Shown piece by piece: positions 8,894 through 19,148 of a DNA stretch of 64,000 nucleotides. This DNA is from Desulfosoma sp. Its GTDB lineage: Bacteria; Desulfobacterota; Syntrophobacteria; Syntrophobacterales; DSM-9756. Under the pieces are notes generated by a model. The model worked only from the letters and a program-made list of their open reading frames with translations, was not told the origin of the DNA and made no database searches. The stretch's first letter is position 1, and each line of letters starts with the position of its first letter. Location: NCBI GenBank assembly GCA_037481835.1, contig JBBFKW010000003.1:189247-253246 (forward strand), given 5' to 3'. Made by a program: the position numbers and the translations under genes.

Positions 8894-10234
8894 ATGAACG
8901 GAGCGGCGACAGTGCACGGGAAGGAAAGCGACACGCGGCCGGTGGATGTCAAAAAGATTCGGGAATTGTTGGATGCCAACAACGGAGCCCGCATCCGAAC
9001 ATGGCTCAGCCTGTGTTCCCGCTGTGGGTTGTGTGCGGAAAGCTGTTTTTTCTATCTCGCCCATGACCGCAACCCCAAGCTCAGCCCCGCCTACAAGTTC
9101 AAGGCGACCTTGGGGGAGCTTTACCGGCGAAAGGGGCGGGTGGACCGGGAGTTCTTGTACCGGTGCGCGGACATCGTCTGGGGCGAGTGCACCACGTGCA
9201 AGCGCTGTTCCATGTACTGCCCCTTCGGCATCGATGTGGCCACGCTCATCGCCACCACCCGGACCATCCTCTATTCCCAAGGCATCACGCCCGAGGGTCT
9301 GGCTCGGGCCGTGGTCAACTACCGGGAAACGGGAAACCAGATGGGCATGAGTTCCGAGGATTTTGTGGACACGTGCGAGTGGATGGCCGAAGAAAGCCAA
9401 GACGAAATCAAGGGGGTGACCATCCCCATCGATAAAGCCGGAGCCAAGTACATGTACACGGTCAATCCTCGGGAACCCATGTTCTATCCCCAGGATCTGG
9501 CCATGGCCGCCAAGATTCTCACCGTGGCCGAAGAGGACTGGACCATGCCGTCCACGGGGTGGGACTGCACGAATCTGCCCATGTTCGCCGGCGACCGGGC
9601 TCTGGCCGGCCAAGTGGTTCGAAACATGTACGAAAAGGCGGTGGCCCTGGGCGTGCAGGCGATCCTCATCACCGAATGCGGCCATGCCTACCGCTCGGCC
9701 CTGTTTGAAGGGCCCTATCTGGCGGGCTACCCGGACGGCAAGCCCCCGGTGCCCATCGTCCATTCGGTGCAGCTGTTCTACGAATACCTCCGGGACGGCC
9801 GCATCCGGATCGACCCGGCCAAGAAGCTCAAGGAGCCGGTCACGTACCAGGATCCGTGCAACGTGTCGCGAAACGGCGGCCTGTGGGAAGAAGGCCGCAA
9901 GCTCGTGCAGTTTCTGGCGGAGGATTTTCGGGACATGAACCCCAACCGGGAGCACAACCATTGTTGTGGAGGCGGGGGCGGCTACATTCCCATGGGGCCG
10001 GAATACAAGGCCAGGCGCATGGCGTCGGGACGCGTCAAGGCGGAACAGATCCGCGCCACGGGGGCCAAGATCGTCATCGCGCCGTGCCATAACTGCTTCG
10101 ATCAGCTGAGCGACCTCAACAAGGAATACCAACTGGGTGTGAAGGTGATGTCGCTCAAGGAAATCCTGTGCGAAATCATGATCGTGCCCGAAAAATTCCA
10201 GCCGCAGGAAGCCGAAAGGGAGGAGTCGGACTAG
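8894..10234 (+). CDS. tmcB: TmcB/HdrD-like Fe-S protein with CCG domain
   Basis: CSRCGLCAESC and CTTCKRCSMYCPFGID ferredoxin-type motifs; TECGH, YQDPCN, HCCGGGGG, APCHNC. Confidence 0.82.
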   Translation: MNGAATVHGKESDTRPVDVKKIRELLDANNGARIRTWLSLCSRCGLCAESCFFYLAHDRNPKLSPAYKFKATLGELYRRKGRVDREFLYRCADIVWGECTTCKRCSMYCPFGIDVATLIATTRTILYSQGITPEGLARAVVNYRETGNQMGMSSEDFVDTCEWMAEESQDEIKGVTIPIDKAGAKYMYTVNPREPMFYPQDLAMAAKILTVAEEDWTMPSTGWDCTNLPMFAGDRALAGQVVRNMYEKAVALGVQAILITECGHAYRSALFEGPYLAGYPDGKPPVPIVHSVQLFYEYLRDGRIRIDPAKKLKEPVTYQDPCNVSRNGGLWEEGRKLVQFLAEDFRDMNPNREHNHCCGGGGGYIPMGPEYKARRMASGRVKAEQIRATGAKIVIAPCHNCFDQLSDLNKEYQLGVKVMSLKEILCEIMIVPEKFQPQEAEREESD

Positions 10235-10294
10235 GGCGTTTGGCCGACAGGGGCCTTTTGATTTTCAGGCAAGAAGGCCGAGGGAGGGGGGCAT

Positions 10295-10825
10295 ATGTAC
10301 CAGAAGATTTTGTTTTGCGCGGACCTTTACGCCAGTTCCGACTACGCCTTTGCGGCGGCTTTGGATCTCGCCGAACGGTCCGGAGCGGAACTGATCATCC
10401 TGCACGTGTTGGAGTCACGCCATCGATATTCGGGGCATGTGATCACCGAAGACGGAGAGACGTGGGCTGGCCCGGAAGTTTTTGAAAAGCTCAAGAAAAA
10501 ACTGCGGGAATATTACCTTATCCGCATCGAACGGGAAGACCCGCAAAACGTGCGGGTGGAGGTCCGGGCCGGGATCCCGTGGGTGGAAATCTGCCGCTTC
10601 GCCCGGAAGGAAAAAGTTGACCTGATCGTCATGGGCCCTTACACGATCCACGATCCCAAGGCGCCTCTGGATCTGGAAAAGCCCCATTTGGGGCAAAACG
10701 CCCAGGAAGTGTCCTTGCGGGCGCCCTGTCAGGTCTCCATCGTCACGTCTCCCAAGCAGAGGTTGGCGCTGGAAAAGGCTGGAGAATTTCCTCGGGAAAA
10801 GAAACGAAAGCGCACACAGGAATAG
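10295..10825 (+). CDS. Universal stress protein (USP) family
   Basis: N-terminal YQKILFCADL, ILHV, DLIVMG, LGQNAQEV..RAPCQV pattern. Confidence 0.88.
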   Translation: MYQKILFCADLYASSDYAFAAALDLAERSGAELIILHVLESRHRYSGHVITEDGETWAGPEVFEKLKKKLREYYLIRIEREDPQNVRVEVRAGIPWVEICRFARKEKVDLIVMGPYTIHDPKAPLDLEKPHLGQNAQEVSLRAPCQVSIVTSPKQRLALEKAGEFPREKKRKRTQE

Positions 10826-10853
10826 TTTAACCCGTCCGACGGCAGGAGGGAGC

Positions 10854-11228
10854 ATGAAGCGCACACTGTTCGGTGCCATCGGCTGCGCCGTGATGGCCTT
10901 ATGGGTATTATCGGCCTGGTCCCAAGACGAAGTCATGCAGCTCAAAGGCGATGGGACCAAACCCTTGGAACGCCCCGCGGTCACTTTTCCCCATGAAAAG
11001 CATGCGGATCTCATGGAATGTTCCCGTTGCCACCACGACTACGACGCCTACGGAGTGAATAAAGGAAGTGAAGGCCGGCGCTGCACCGAATGCCATGGAA
11101 AAGGCTCCGCCAATCCCATCCCGCTCCAGCGGGCCTACCATGAGCAGTGCATGTCCTGCCACGAACGTTTGAACGCACGGCAAGGCATGGCTCTTCCCGT
11201 CCTATGCGGCCAATGCCATGTGCGCTGA
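10854..11228 (+). CDS. Tetraheme cytochrome c3 (TmcA-like)
   Basis: Signal peptide; FPHEKH; four CxxCH motifs (CSRCH, CTECH, CMSCH, CGQCH). Confidence 0.92.
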   Translation: MKRTLFGAIGCAVMALWVLSAWSQDEVMQLKGDGTKPLERPAVTFPHEKHADLMECSRCHHDYDAYGVNKGSEGRRCTECHGKGSANPIPLQRAYHEQCMSCHERLNARQGMALPVLCGQCHVR

Positions 11229-11565
11229 CCCCTCGACCTTGAAAAGGTCCTTGCCCCGGGACTGCTAACGCCCGGCCTGCGAGTTTCGTTGAAGCGCGCC
11301 CGCCGGCATAGAAAACGCGCCTTTTCGCCCCTACGCGTCAGGCGGCGCTGCGTGTCCGTTTTTGTCGCACCCCAATCGAAGCGGCCTGCATGGCGGGCAG
11401 GGCCGCTCTTGCAGGCATGCACCGGCGGAATGGCCGCTCTTGCACGCAAAGCGATTGTCCTTGACATTTCCAAGCGCAAAAAGCACTAGGGAGGGGTTTT
11501 AACCGGAAGCGCCTGAGGTGTGTTTGGTGGGAAGACGTTTATAAGTGGGAGGAGGACATCGAGGC

Positions 11566-11982
11566 ATGGAACGAACTCTGTCGATCATCAAACCGGATGC
11601 CGTGCAAAGAGGCCTTGTGGGACACATCGTGCAGCGCTTCGAAAGCGCCGGCATCCGCATTGTGGGTATGAAACGGCTGTCCTTGACCAAAAAGGAAGCG
11701 GAAGCCTTTTATGCCGTGCATCGGGAGCGGCCCTTTTTCGACAGCCTGACGTCTTATATGTCTTCGGGGCCCGTGGTGGTCATGGTTTTGGAGGGCCCCG
11801 ACGTCATCCAACGCAACCGGGACCTCATGGGCGCCACCAATCCGGCTCAGGCCGCCCCGGGAACCATCCGCAAAGACTACGGCCTGGATGTGGAAAAAAA
11901 CGCCGTCCACGGCTCCGATGCGCCGGAGACGGCGGCCAAAGAAATCGCCTTCTTTTTCAGCGAACTGGAGCTCATGCGCTGA
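11566..11982 (+). CDS. ndk: Nucleoside diphosphate kinase
   Basis: [35 protein letters not shown]. Confidence 0.97.
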   Translation: MERTLSIIKPDAVQRGLVGHIVQRFESAGIRIVGMKRLSLTKKEAEAFYAVHRERPFFDSLTSYMSSGPVVVMVLEGPDVIQRNRDLMGATNPAQAAPGTIRKDYGLDVEKNAVHGSDAPETAAKEIAFFFSELELMR

Positions 11983-12006
11983 GGACGACAAGCCGGGAGG
12001 TTCGGC

Positions 12007-13191
12007 ATGAACGGGCGGATTGTCTTGACGGCGGCCTTGTGCCTTGTGGTGTTTTCATGTTCGGGGGTTGCCACCAAGCAAACCCAGGAACCGGCGGCAC
12101 ACTATGGGGTGAAACCCGTCACGGAAACCGTGAGGTCGGAGTCGCTCCTCCCCATGGCACCGTACGTCACGCCGCCCCAGAAGCTGGACCTGTGCGGCGA
12201 GCCCGTTCCCCTGCACATCCGGGATGTGCTGGAGCGGTTCGATCGGGAATTCACCATCGTCGTCTATTCCCATGCCCAGGTCTATCTCTGGCTGAAGCGG
12301 GCGGAACGGTTCTTTCCGTGGTTTGAAGAGGAATTGCGCCGACGCGGCCTCCCGGAAGACCTCAAGTACGTGGCTGTGGCCGAAAGCGATTTGCAGCACG
12401 GGGCCGTGTCTTCGGCGGGAGCGGCCGGAATGTGGCAGTTCATCCCGTCCACGGGAAGCCGTTACGGGCTGGACCAGGGACCCCAGGTGGATCAGCGCTA
12501 CGACTTCGAAATGGCGACGGACAGCGCCCTTCGCTACCTCACCGATCTCTACCGGCGGTTCAACAACTGGACCTTGGCCATCGCCGCATACAATTGCGGC
12601 GAAAAGCGCGTTTCCGACGAAATGGCGTTCCAGCGGGTGTCCGACTACTACCAGCTGAAGCTCCCCTTGGAGACGGAACGCTACATTTTCCGCATTTTGG
12701 CCATCAAGACGGTTTTGTCCGATCCGCAAAGATACGGATACATGCTCCCGCCCGGAGCGGGTTACCCGCCGGAACGGTTCGATACCGTGACGGTGACCCT
12801 GCGGTCCACGGTGCCCATCGTCGCGCTCGCCCAAAGGGCGGGCATCACCTACCGGGAATTCAAGAGGCTGAACCCTGCTTTCACCACCACCACGCTGCCT
12901 CCGGGGACGCATCGCATTCGGGTGCCCGAAGGGTGCGGCACGGCCTTGCAACAGGGGCTGGAAGATTTCCTGGCCGCGTACCGGGCTCCGGAAGCGCCGC
13001 CGGTGTCGGGGGCCTTGCGAGAGCCGGAAAAACCGCGCGCGCCGCAAGCCGTCATCCACACGGTGCTCCCCAAGGAAACGCTCAGTGCCATTGCGGCCAA
13101 GTACAACGTGTCCGTTTCGGACATCCAACGTTGGAACGGCCTGAAGAGCGCGACAGTGAAGGCCGGGCAGAAATTGCGCATCGAACGCTGA
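12007..13191 (+). CDS. Lytic murein transglycosylase (MltD-like) with C-terminal LysM
   Basis: Lipoprotein-like N-terminus; AES, AGMWQFIP, AAYNCGE SLT motifs; HTV..KETLSAIA.KY LysM. Confidence 0.9.
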   Translation: MNGRIVLTAALCLVVFSCSGVATKQTQEPAAHYGVKPVTETVRSESLLPMAPYVTPPQKLDLCGEPVPLHIRDVLERFDREFTIVVYSHAQVYLWLKRAERFFPWFEEELRRRGLPEDLKYVAVAESDLQHGAVSSAGAAGMWQFIPSTGSRYGLDQGPQVDQRYDFEMATDSALRYLTDLYRRFNNWTLAIAAYNCGEKRVSDEMAFQRVSDYYQLKLPLETERYIFRILAIKTVLSDPQRYGYMLPPGAGYPPERFDTVTVTLRSTVPIVALAQRAGITYREFKRLNPAFTTTTLPPGTHRIRVPEGCGTALQQGLEDFLAAYRAPEAPPVSGALREPEKPRAPQAVIHTVLPKETLSAIAAKYNVSVSDIQRWNGLKSATVKAGQKLRIER

Positions 13192-13287
13192 ACCTCCCGG
13201 GCCTGGTCCTTGACAGGGTCGAAACAACACCATTACGATGGCCGGGTGAAGCGCTTGATGCGCTCGAGGTCCGTTGAGGTTCCGGCG

Positions 13288-14049
13288 ATGGGACAATCGG
13301 TGATCGAACAAGCCGCGGCGCGCCTTCGGCACAGTTCGTGGTCCGTGGCGCTCACGGGGGCGGGGATATCCGTGGAAAGCGGGATTCCGGATTTTCGGAG
13401 CCCTGGGGGGTTGTGGTCCAAGTACGATCCCCTGGAGTACGGAGACATCCGTTCTTTCCGCATGAATCCCGGCAAGGTCTGGCGCATGCTCGTGGACATG
13501 GACCGGATGCTGAACGACGCCCGGCCGAACCCGGCCCATTACGCCCTGGCGTGCCTGGAAAGGGAAGGGCTTCTCAAGGGCGTCATCACCCAAAACGTGG
13601 ACAGCCTCCACCAGCGCGCCGGCAGCCGCACGGTGGTGGAATTCCACGGCCATGGGCGGACGGCCCGCTGCGACCACTGCGGCCGGGAGGTCCCGCGCGA
13701 AGCCCTGAAGCTTCAGGATTTGCCGCCCCGATGCGGTTGCGGCGGGCCCATGCGGCCCAATTTTGTTTTTTTCGGGGAAGGCATCCCGCGCTCAGCCTAC
13801 CTCCAGGCGGCCCACATGGTGGAACGCTGTGATCTCCTCCTGGTCGTGGGCACCTCCGCCACCGTCGCTCCGGCCTCCCATCTGCCGCTCATGGCCAAGA
13901 GCCGCGGGGCATTCATCATCGAAGTGAACCCCAACGAAACGGAACTGACGGCGGCCCACACCGATCTTTATCTTGCCTTGCCGGCGGGACAGGCCCTGCC
14001 GGCCATCGTGTCGGCCTTGGGCCTTGCCCTTCATGCCGAAGGAAAGTGA
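13288..14049 (+). CDS. cobB: NAD-dependent deacylase, sirtuin family
   Basis: TGAGISVESGIPDFRS, TQNVDSLHQRAG, HG, CDHC..CGC Zn site, VGTS. Confidence 0.92.
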   Translation: MGQSVIEQAAARLRHSSWSVALTGAGISVESGIPDFRSPGGLWSKYDPLEYGDIRSFRMNPGKVWRMLVDMDRMLNDARPNPAHYALACLEREGLLKGVITQNVDSLHQRAGSRTVVEFHGHGRTARCDHCGREVPREALKLQDLPPRCGCGGPMRPNFVFFGEGIPRSAYLQAAHMVERCDLLLVVGTSATVAPASHLPLMAKSRGAFIIEVNPNETELTAAHTDLYLALPAGQALPAIVSALGLALHAEGK

Positions 14050-14879
14050 GTGCCATGGTTTCGGTTGTGTTGAGCGTCCTTTGCCTTGTGCGTGTTTCCC
14101 AAGCCTTGGCGGCCCCGGACGGCGGGGCCGCCAACGGCGTGACGGACATGATCTGGAACGCCGGCCCCATGGTCAAGCTGGTGCTGTTGCTTCTTGTGGG
14201 CTTGTCTTTGGCCTGCTGGGGCGTGGTGCTGGTAAAATTCAAGCTCTTTCGCCGGGCCGAAAGGCAGTCCGAGGACTTCTACGAAATGTACCGGCAGAAG
14301 AAGAACTTCGGACTCCTCTATCGCGAAAGCCAGTTGCTTGCCGAAAGTTATCTGGCCCAGGTGTTTCGGGCCGGATACGCGGAATGGGGACGGCTGAGCA
14401 AGACCTTGGAAACCGTGAGCGTGGCGGAGATGCCGTTGAACGGGGCCGATGAGGCCCTGAGCACGGTGGAAAGGGCCATGGAAGGGGCCATACTGCTGGA
14501 GACGCGCCGCCTGGAGCGGTTTCTTCCCCTTTTGGCCACCACGGGCAACACGGCCCCCTTTATCGGGCTGTTCGGCACCGTGTGGGGCATCATGACCTCT
14601 TTCCATCACATTGGACTGAAAGGGGCGGCCAACCTGGCCGTGGTGGCTCCGGGCATTTCCGAAGCCTTGGTGGCCACGGCCATCGGGTTGTTCGCGGCCA
14701 TTCCCGCGGTCATTTTCTTCAATTATTTCATGAACCGGATCCAGGCCATCCAGGGGCGCATGCATTATTTCGCCGGCGACTTCTACACGGTCCTCAAACG
14801 GGAATGGCTCCGCCGTTCCGCGGCGTCCACGAAAAACGGCGCGACGGATACTCCCGCCGTGGTGCGCACGACGGGGTGA
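14046..14879 (+). CDS. tolQ: Tol-Pal system protein TolQ
   Basis: LATTGNTAPFIGLFGTVWGIM, VAPGISEALVATAIGL; GTG start overlaps the cobB TGA (alternative ATG at 14055). Confidence 0.93.
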   Translation: MSAMVSVVLSVLCLVRVSQALAAPDGGAANGVTDMIWNAGPMVKLVLLLLVGLSLACWGVVLVKFKLFRRAERQSEDFYEMYRQKKNFGLLYRESQLLAESYLAQVFRAGYAEWGRLSKTLETVSVAEMPLNGADEALSTVERAMEGAILLETRRLERFLPLLATTGNTAPFIGLFGTVWGIMTSFHHIGLKGAANLAVVAPGISEALVATAIGLFAAIPAVIFFNYFMNRIQAIQGRMHYFAGDFYTVLKREWLRRSAASTKNGATDTPAVVRTTG

Positions 14880-14889
14880 GAGGGAAGCC

Positions 14890-15321
14890 ATGAAGACCAA
14901 CGGGACCTCTCGGCAGTTGATGTCGGACATCAATGTCACGCCGTTTGTGGACGTCATGTTGGTGCTTCTCATCATCTTCATGGTCACGGCGCCCATGATG
15001 ATGCAGGGCATCGACGTGGATTTGCCCAATGCGGAAGCCCCCGCCATCCCGTCGGAAGAGGAAAGGCTGGTGGTGACCGTGGATGCGCAGCGAAAAGTCT
15101 ACATCAATGAATATCCGGTGGATATGGAAACGCTGGGGCCCAAGCTGAGCGCCATTTATCGGAACAAAGGCTCCAAGCAAGGGGTGTTCCTCAGGGCCGA
15201 TGCGTCCCTGCCCTATGGCTTTGTCATGGAAGTCATGGGCACCATTCGTCAGTCGGGAATCGACCAGATCGGCATGGTGACCGAGTCGGTGCACAAGCCC
15301 GAGAAGCGCCAGAGTGGGTAA
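14890..15321 (+). CDS. tolR: Tol-Pal system protein TolR
   Basis: INVTPFVDVMLVLLIIFMVTAP; RAD..YG.VM. Confidence 0.93.
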   Translation: MKTNGTSRQLMSDINVTPFVDVMLVLLIIFMVTAPMMMQGIDVDLPNAEAPAIPSEEERLVVTVDAQRKVYINEYPVDMETLGPKLSAIYRNKGSKQGVFLRADASLPYGFVMEVMGTIRQSGIDQIGMVTESVHKPEKRQSG

Positions 15322-15327
15322 ACGGCC

Positions 15328-16296
15328 ATGACGGCTGCCGACGCCTTCGATCGGCTGCGCCTCCCGCGCCGGGACGTTCTTTTCGGCATGGCGGTTTCCG
15401 TGATCGTCCATGGGGCGACGATCTTCGCCGTCGTCTTTCTGCCCCACGTGCTTCCTAGAAAACCCGTGGAACTCCCGTACTATTCGGTGAAGTTGGTGAC
15501 CGCAGGCGATTTGGGTCTGGATCTGGGATCGGGGGGCAAGGGGCCCAAGGCCCAGGTCAAGGCGCCGCAGGCGCCGGCGAGCGCGCCCAAGAGGGATTCG
15601 GCCACTTCGGTGCCGGTGGTTCCGGTCAAGCGCCTTGCCGACGGATTCAAGCTTGCCGACACCAAGGTGGAAAAACTGGACGCCGACGTAAAGCCCAACC
15701 TGGAACGGATCGAAAGACCGTCTCTCGAAAAGAGCGTGGAACAGCTGCTGCCGAAAGAAAAAGCCGAACGGCCCAAGCCGCCTCCCGTGCCCGCGCAGCC
15801 GTCGTCGGGGAGCGCCTCCGGCAAACCGGAATCGTCGCAAGCCGCTTCGGGGTCGGCGTCCTCGGCTAAGACGGCCCCGTCTGAAAGTTCGAGCCCGGCC
15901 GGATCGAAGGCCGCGGGATCGGGTCCGGGCGGATCCGGCGCGGCGGGAGCCGCTCGAGGAGCCTCAGGGCCGCCGGGGCCGGGCGGCACGGGTGAGGAAC
16001 TGGCGCTGGCGCGACGCCTCTACTACACCGAGGTGTGGGCGGCCATCAAAAGGCAATGGGTGCTCCCCAAATCGCTCATCAACGTGCAGGGCTTGGAAGC
16101 CGTGGTGGTCATCGTGGTGCGGCGCGATGGCAAGATCGAAAGCATGCAGTTCGAAAAGCGATCGGGAAACCAACTGTTTGACGATTCGGTGCTTCGAGCG
16201 ATCCAGAAAGCGGATCCCCTGCCGAAATTTCCAGACATTTACAGTCCGCCTCGGGACGAGATCGGCGTGCGGTTCCGGCCCGAGGACCTGGCGTGA
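15328..16296 (+). CDS. tolA: TolA/TonB-family energy transducer
   Basis: N-terminal TM with SxxxH; Pro/Ser/Gly-rich linker; C-terminal RSGNQLFDDSVLRAI; lies between tolR and tolB. Confidence 0.85.
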   Translation: MTAADAFDRLRLPRRDVLFGMAVSVIVHGATIFAVVFLPHVLPRKPVELPYYSVKLVTAGDLGLDLGSGGKGPKAQVKAPQAPASAPKRDSATSVPVVPVKRLADGFKLADTKVEKLDADVKPNLERIERPSLEKSVEQLLPKEKAERPKPPPVPAQPSSGSASGKPESSQAASGSASSAKTAPSESSSPAGSKAAGSGPGGSGAAGAARGASGPPGPGGTGEELALARRLYYTEVWAAIKRQWVLPKSLINVQGLEAVVVIVVRRDGKIESMQFEKRSGNQLFDDSVLRAIQKADPLPKFPDIYSPPRDEIGVRFRPEDLA

Positions 16297-16347
16297 GGCT
16301 CTCTTATGGGAAAAGGAACAGATGAAGCGGTGCGGCGTGCGGGCGCT

Positions 16348-17664
16348 ATGAGGGCTTGTTGGAGGCTTTTCGTTTTCTTCTGGGGTGTGACGTGCCTCAT
16401 GGCGCCTTCGACGGCATGGGGTGCGGAACGGGTCTATATCGACATTACCCAGCCCGGCTTCGTCAAGCTGCCCATTGCGGTCCCCGACTTCAAGATGCAA
16501 GGGGAGGACGCTGGGGCGGCCCGGCAGATGGCCGCCGTGATTCGAGACGACCTGGATCTTTCGGGCTATTTCAAGGTCTTGGATCCCGCCGGTTTTCTGG
16601 AATCCCCGAACCAGATGGGGGTTTTGCCCTCGGAGATCCGTTTCGAGAGCTGGAAGGCCGTAGGGGCGGAGTTCCTCGTGCGCGGTCAATATGAGGCCAG
16701 AGGGGGAGGGCTGAGCGCCGAGTTTCGACTTTTCGATGTCGTCTCCCAGAAAATGGTGGTAGGAAAAGCCTACGACGCGCGGGTTGCCGACGCTCGAGCG
16801 GTGGCCCACCGCATCGCCAATGAAATCATCGCGGCCTTGACCGGCGAGGCGGGGATCTTTGACACGCGGATTGCGTTCGTCCAGGCGGAGGGAGACGCCA
16901 AGGAAATCTACGTCATGGATCTGGACGGCCAGAACCTTACGGCGATCACGCGGGATCGAAGCACCGCCTTGTCTCCGGCGTGGAGTCCCGACGGGACGCA
17001 GCTGGCCTACGTGAGTTACGTGGAAGGGCAGCCGAAGATATTCATCGCCAACGTGCTGTCCGGAGCCCGGCGGGCCGTGGCGGGCTATTCGGGAATCAAC
17101 ATCACGCCGGCCTGGCACCCCGCGGGCGGACGCCTTGCCGTGACCCTGTCCAAGGACGGCAATCCGGACATTTTCTTGGTGGATTCCCAAGGATCGGTCC
17201 TCAAGACCTTGGTGTCCGGATGGAGCATTGAAGTATCCCCGGCGTGGTCTCCGGACGGGTCGAAAATCGCCTATGTTTCCAACGAGTCCGGAAGCCCGCA
17301 GATCTACGTTCTCAACCTCGCCGGGGGGAACAAGCTGCGCCTGACTTACGAAGGAAAATACAACACGTCCCCCGCGTGGTCCCCCAAAGGCGACTGGATC
17401 GCCTTTTCCAGCATGACCGGGGGGCGGCATAACATCTTCATCGTCCGCCCGGACGGCTCGGGCCTCAGGGCCCTGACCCACGGGGAGGGGGACAACGAGA
17501 GCCCCACATGGTCTCCGGACGGGAGGCTCGTCGCCTTCAGTTCCACGCGGGAGGGGGCGAGCGCCATTTGGGCGGCGGTGGTCAACGGAGAAGGAATTCG
17601 GCGGCTGACCCGCCTGGGAGGGGCTCAGAGTCAGCCCAGTTGGTCGCCGCGGTCGAACCGTTAA
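16348..17664 (+). CDS. tolB: Tol-Pal beta-propeller protein TolB
   Basis: PIAVPDF N-domain, GIFDTRIAFV, repeated PAWSPDG. Confidence 0.95.
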   Translation: MRACWRLFVFFWGVTCLMAPSTAWGAERVYIDITQPGFVKLPIAVPDFKMQGEDAGAARQMAAVIRDDLDLSGYFKVLDPAGFLESPNQMGVLPSEIRFESWKAVGAEFLVRGQYEARGGGLSAEFRLFDVVSQKMVVGKAYDARVADARAVAHRIANEIIAALTGEAGIFDTRIAFVQAEGDAKEIYVMDLDGQNLTAITRDRSTALSPAWSPDGTQLAYVSYVEGQPKIFIANVLSGARRAVAGYSGINITPAWHPAGGRLAVTLSKDGNPDIFLVDSQGSVLKTLVSGWSIEVSPAWSPDGSKIAYVSNESGSPQIYVLNLAGGNKLRLTYEGKYNTSPAWSPKGDWIAFSSMTGGRHNIFIVRPDGSGLRALTHGEGDNESPTWSPDGRLVAFSSTREGASAIWAAVVNGEGIRRLTRLGGAQSQPSWSPRSNR

Positions 17665-17694
17665 ACGCATCATCACAAAACCAGGGAGGGTGGT

Positions 17695-18270
17695 ATGATC
17701 CATCGTGTGACGGCGGCAGTGGTCTGGTGTTGCGTTCTTTTGACCCTCACAGCCATGGCGGGTTGTTCCAAGAAGGCCGTGCCGGGCCAGGCGGCCTACC
17801 CTTCGGCGGCAACCCCGGCGGGACCCGGTGCCGGCGGGCGATATACGCCCGGGGGCCCCATTGACGAAGCCACATGGCAGAAGCTGGGACTGCGCACGGA
17901 AGAAGAAAGGCAGCGATTCTTAAAGGAGATGGATCAATTCCAAAACGACGACATTTACTTTGAATTCGACGCCTATGTCCTTATGGACGAAGCCAAGGCG
18001 ATCTTGGACAGAAAAGTGGACTTCCTGCGCCGATACCCCAAGGTGTCCGTCACCATCGAAGGGCACTGCGACGAGCGGGGGACCAATGATTACAACCTGG
18101 CCCTGGGAGAACGCAGGGCCAATGCCGCCTGGCAGTATCTTGTCAACTCGGGGATCGAACCGTCCCGACTGAACATGATCAGCTATGGCGAAGAACGTCC
18201 TGTCGCTTTGGGGCATGACGAAGCGTCGTGGGCCAAGAACCGACGGGCTCACTTCGTGGTTCAATTCTGA
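17695..18270 (+). CDS. pal: Peptidoglycan-associated lipoprotein
   Basis: Lipobox MAGC; IYFEFD, IEGHCDERGT..YNLALGERRA, SYGEERP, NRRA. Confidence 0.95.
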   Translation: MIHRVTAAVVWCCVLLTLTAMAGCSKKAVPGQAAYPSAATPAGPGAGGRYTPGGPIDEATWQKLGLRTEEERQRFLKEMDQFQNDDIYFEFDAYVLMDEAKAILDRKVDFLRRYPKVSVTIEGHCDERGTNDYNLALGERRANAAWQYLVNSGIEPSRLNMISYGEERPVALGHDEASWAKNRRAHFVVQF

Positions 18271-18287
18271 GGCAAAAGGAGCGGCCC

Positions 18288-19136
18288 ATGGGCGGCGGGA
18301 TGAAGCGGCCTGGGAACATCTGGATCCTCTTTGGGGTTTCGGTCCTCCTTTCGGGATGCGCCACCACGCAGCAAACCGATGTGCTCCAAAGCAATGTGGT
18401 CGGGCTCCAGCAGCAGGTCCAAGAGTTGGACGGTCGCATCCAGAAATTGGAGCAGGCGGTTTTCGGAGCCAAGGGCTCCACGGGAACCGCGGCGGGAGGC
18501 CTGGCGGCCCTGAACGCTCGGATGGACCAGATCCAAATGACGATGGCGCAGCTCAAAGGGCAGGTGGAAGAACTCCGCCATCTCCAGAGCCAACCGCCGC
18601 CCTCGGCAGCCGAACCGAAACCGGCTTCGGATCAACCCATCATCACCATCCCGGGGGCTCCCCCGCCTCAAGGGCCTGCGGCGGCCGCACCGACCCCGCC
18701 GACACAGTCGGCCCAATCCCCTGCAGCTTCACAGACGCCGCCGCCGGCCGCACCGGCTCCAAACCCCGAAAAGGACCTCTATAACACGGCCATGGGCCTC
18801 TACCAGAAAGGAGACCATGCCGGAGCGCTGCAGAAATTCAAAGAATTCCTCTCGCGCTATCCGACTTCGGAACTCACCGACAACGCCATCTTCTGGTCCG
18901 GGGAATGCCACTTCATGATGGGCAGCTACCAGGAAGCCATCAACAGCTACCAGGAGGTTCTGGACCGGTTCCCCAAAGGCAACAAAGCTCCCCACGCCCT
19001 GCTCAAACAAGGGGCCGCTTTCGAAAAACTGGGAGACCGCACGGCCGCCCGCATCCTCTACGAACGCGTCATCCAGCAGTACCCCAAAAGCCCTCAGGCG
19101 CAAGTGGCCAAGCAATGGCTTGAAAGGCTGAAATAG
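18288..19136 (+). CDS. cpoB: Cell division coordinator CpoB (YbgF)
   Basis: Lipobox LSGC, coiled coil, Pro-rich linker, three C-terminal TPRs; follows pal. Confidence 0.9.
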   Translation: MGGGMKRPGNIWILFGVSVLLSGCATTQQTDVLQSNVVGLQQQVQELDGRIQKLEQAVFGAKGSTGTAAGGLAALNARMDQIQMTMAQLKGQVEELRHLQSQPPPSAAEPKPASDQPIITIPGAPPPQGPAAAAPTPPTQSAQSPAASQTPPPAAPAPNPEKDLYNTAMGLYQKGDHAGALQKFKEFLSRYPTSELTDNAIFWSGECHFMMGSYQEAINSYQEVLDRFPKGNKAPHALLKQGAAFEKLGDRTAARILYERVIQQYPKSPQAQVAKQWLERLK

Positions 19137-19148
19137 CAGGGTCATGCC

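Noticed and set aside
8200..11228. Selenocysteine read-through in the redox genes
   Set aside because: The ORFs appear full length with Cys at the motif positions, and no internal TGA interrupts them.
11431..11444. Sigma54 promoter (TGGC..TTGCA)
   Set aside because: The GG-to-GC spacing is two bases shorter than the strict -24/-12 requirement.
15780..15995. Low-complexity Ser/Gly/Ala/Pro-coding stretch as a repeat element
   Set aside because: It is the ordinary flexible linker of TolA; the same applies to the CpoB linker near 18590-18770.
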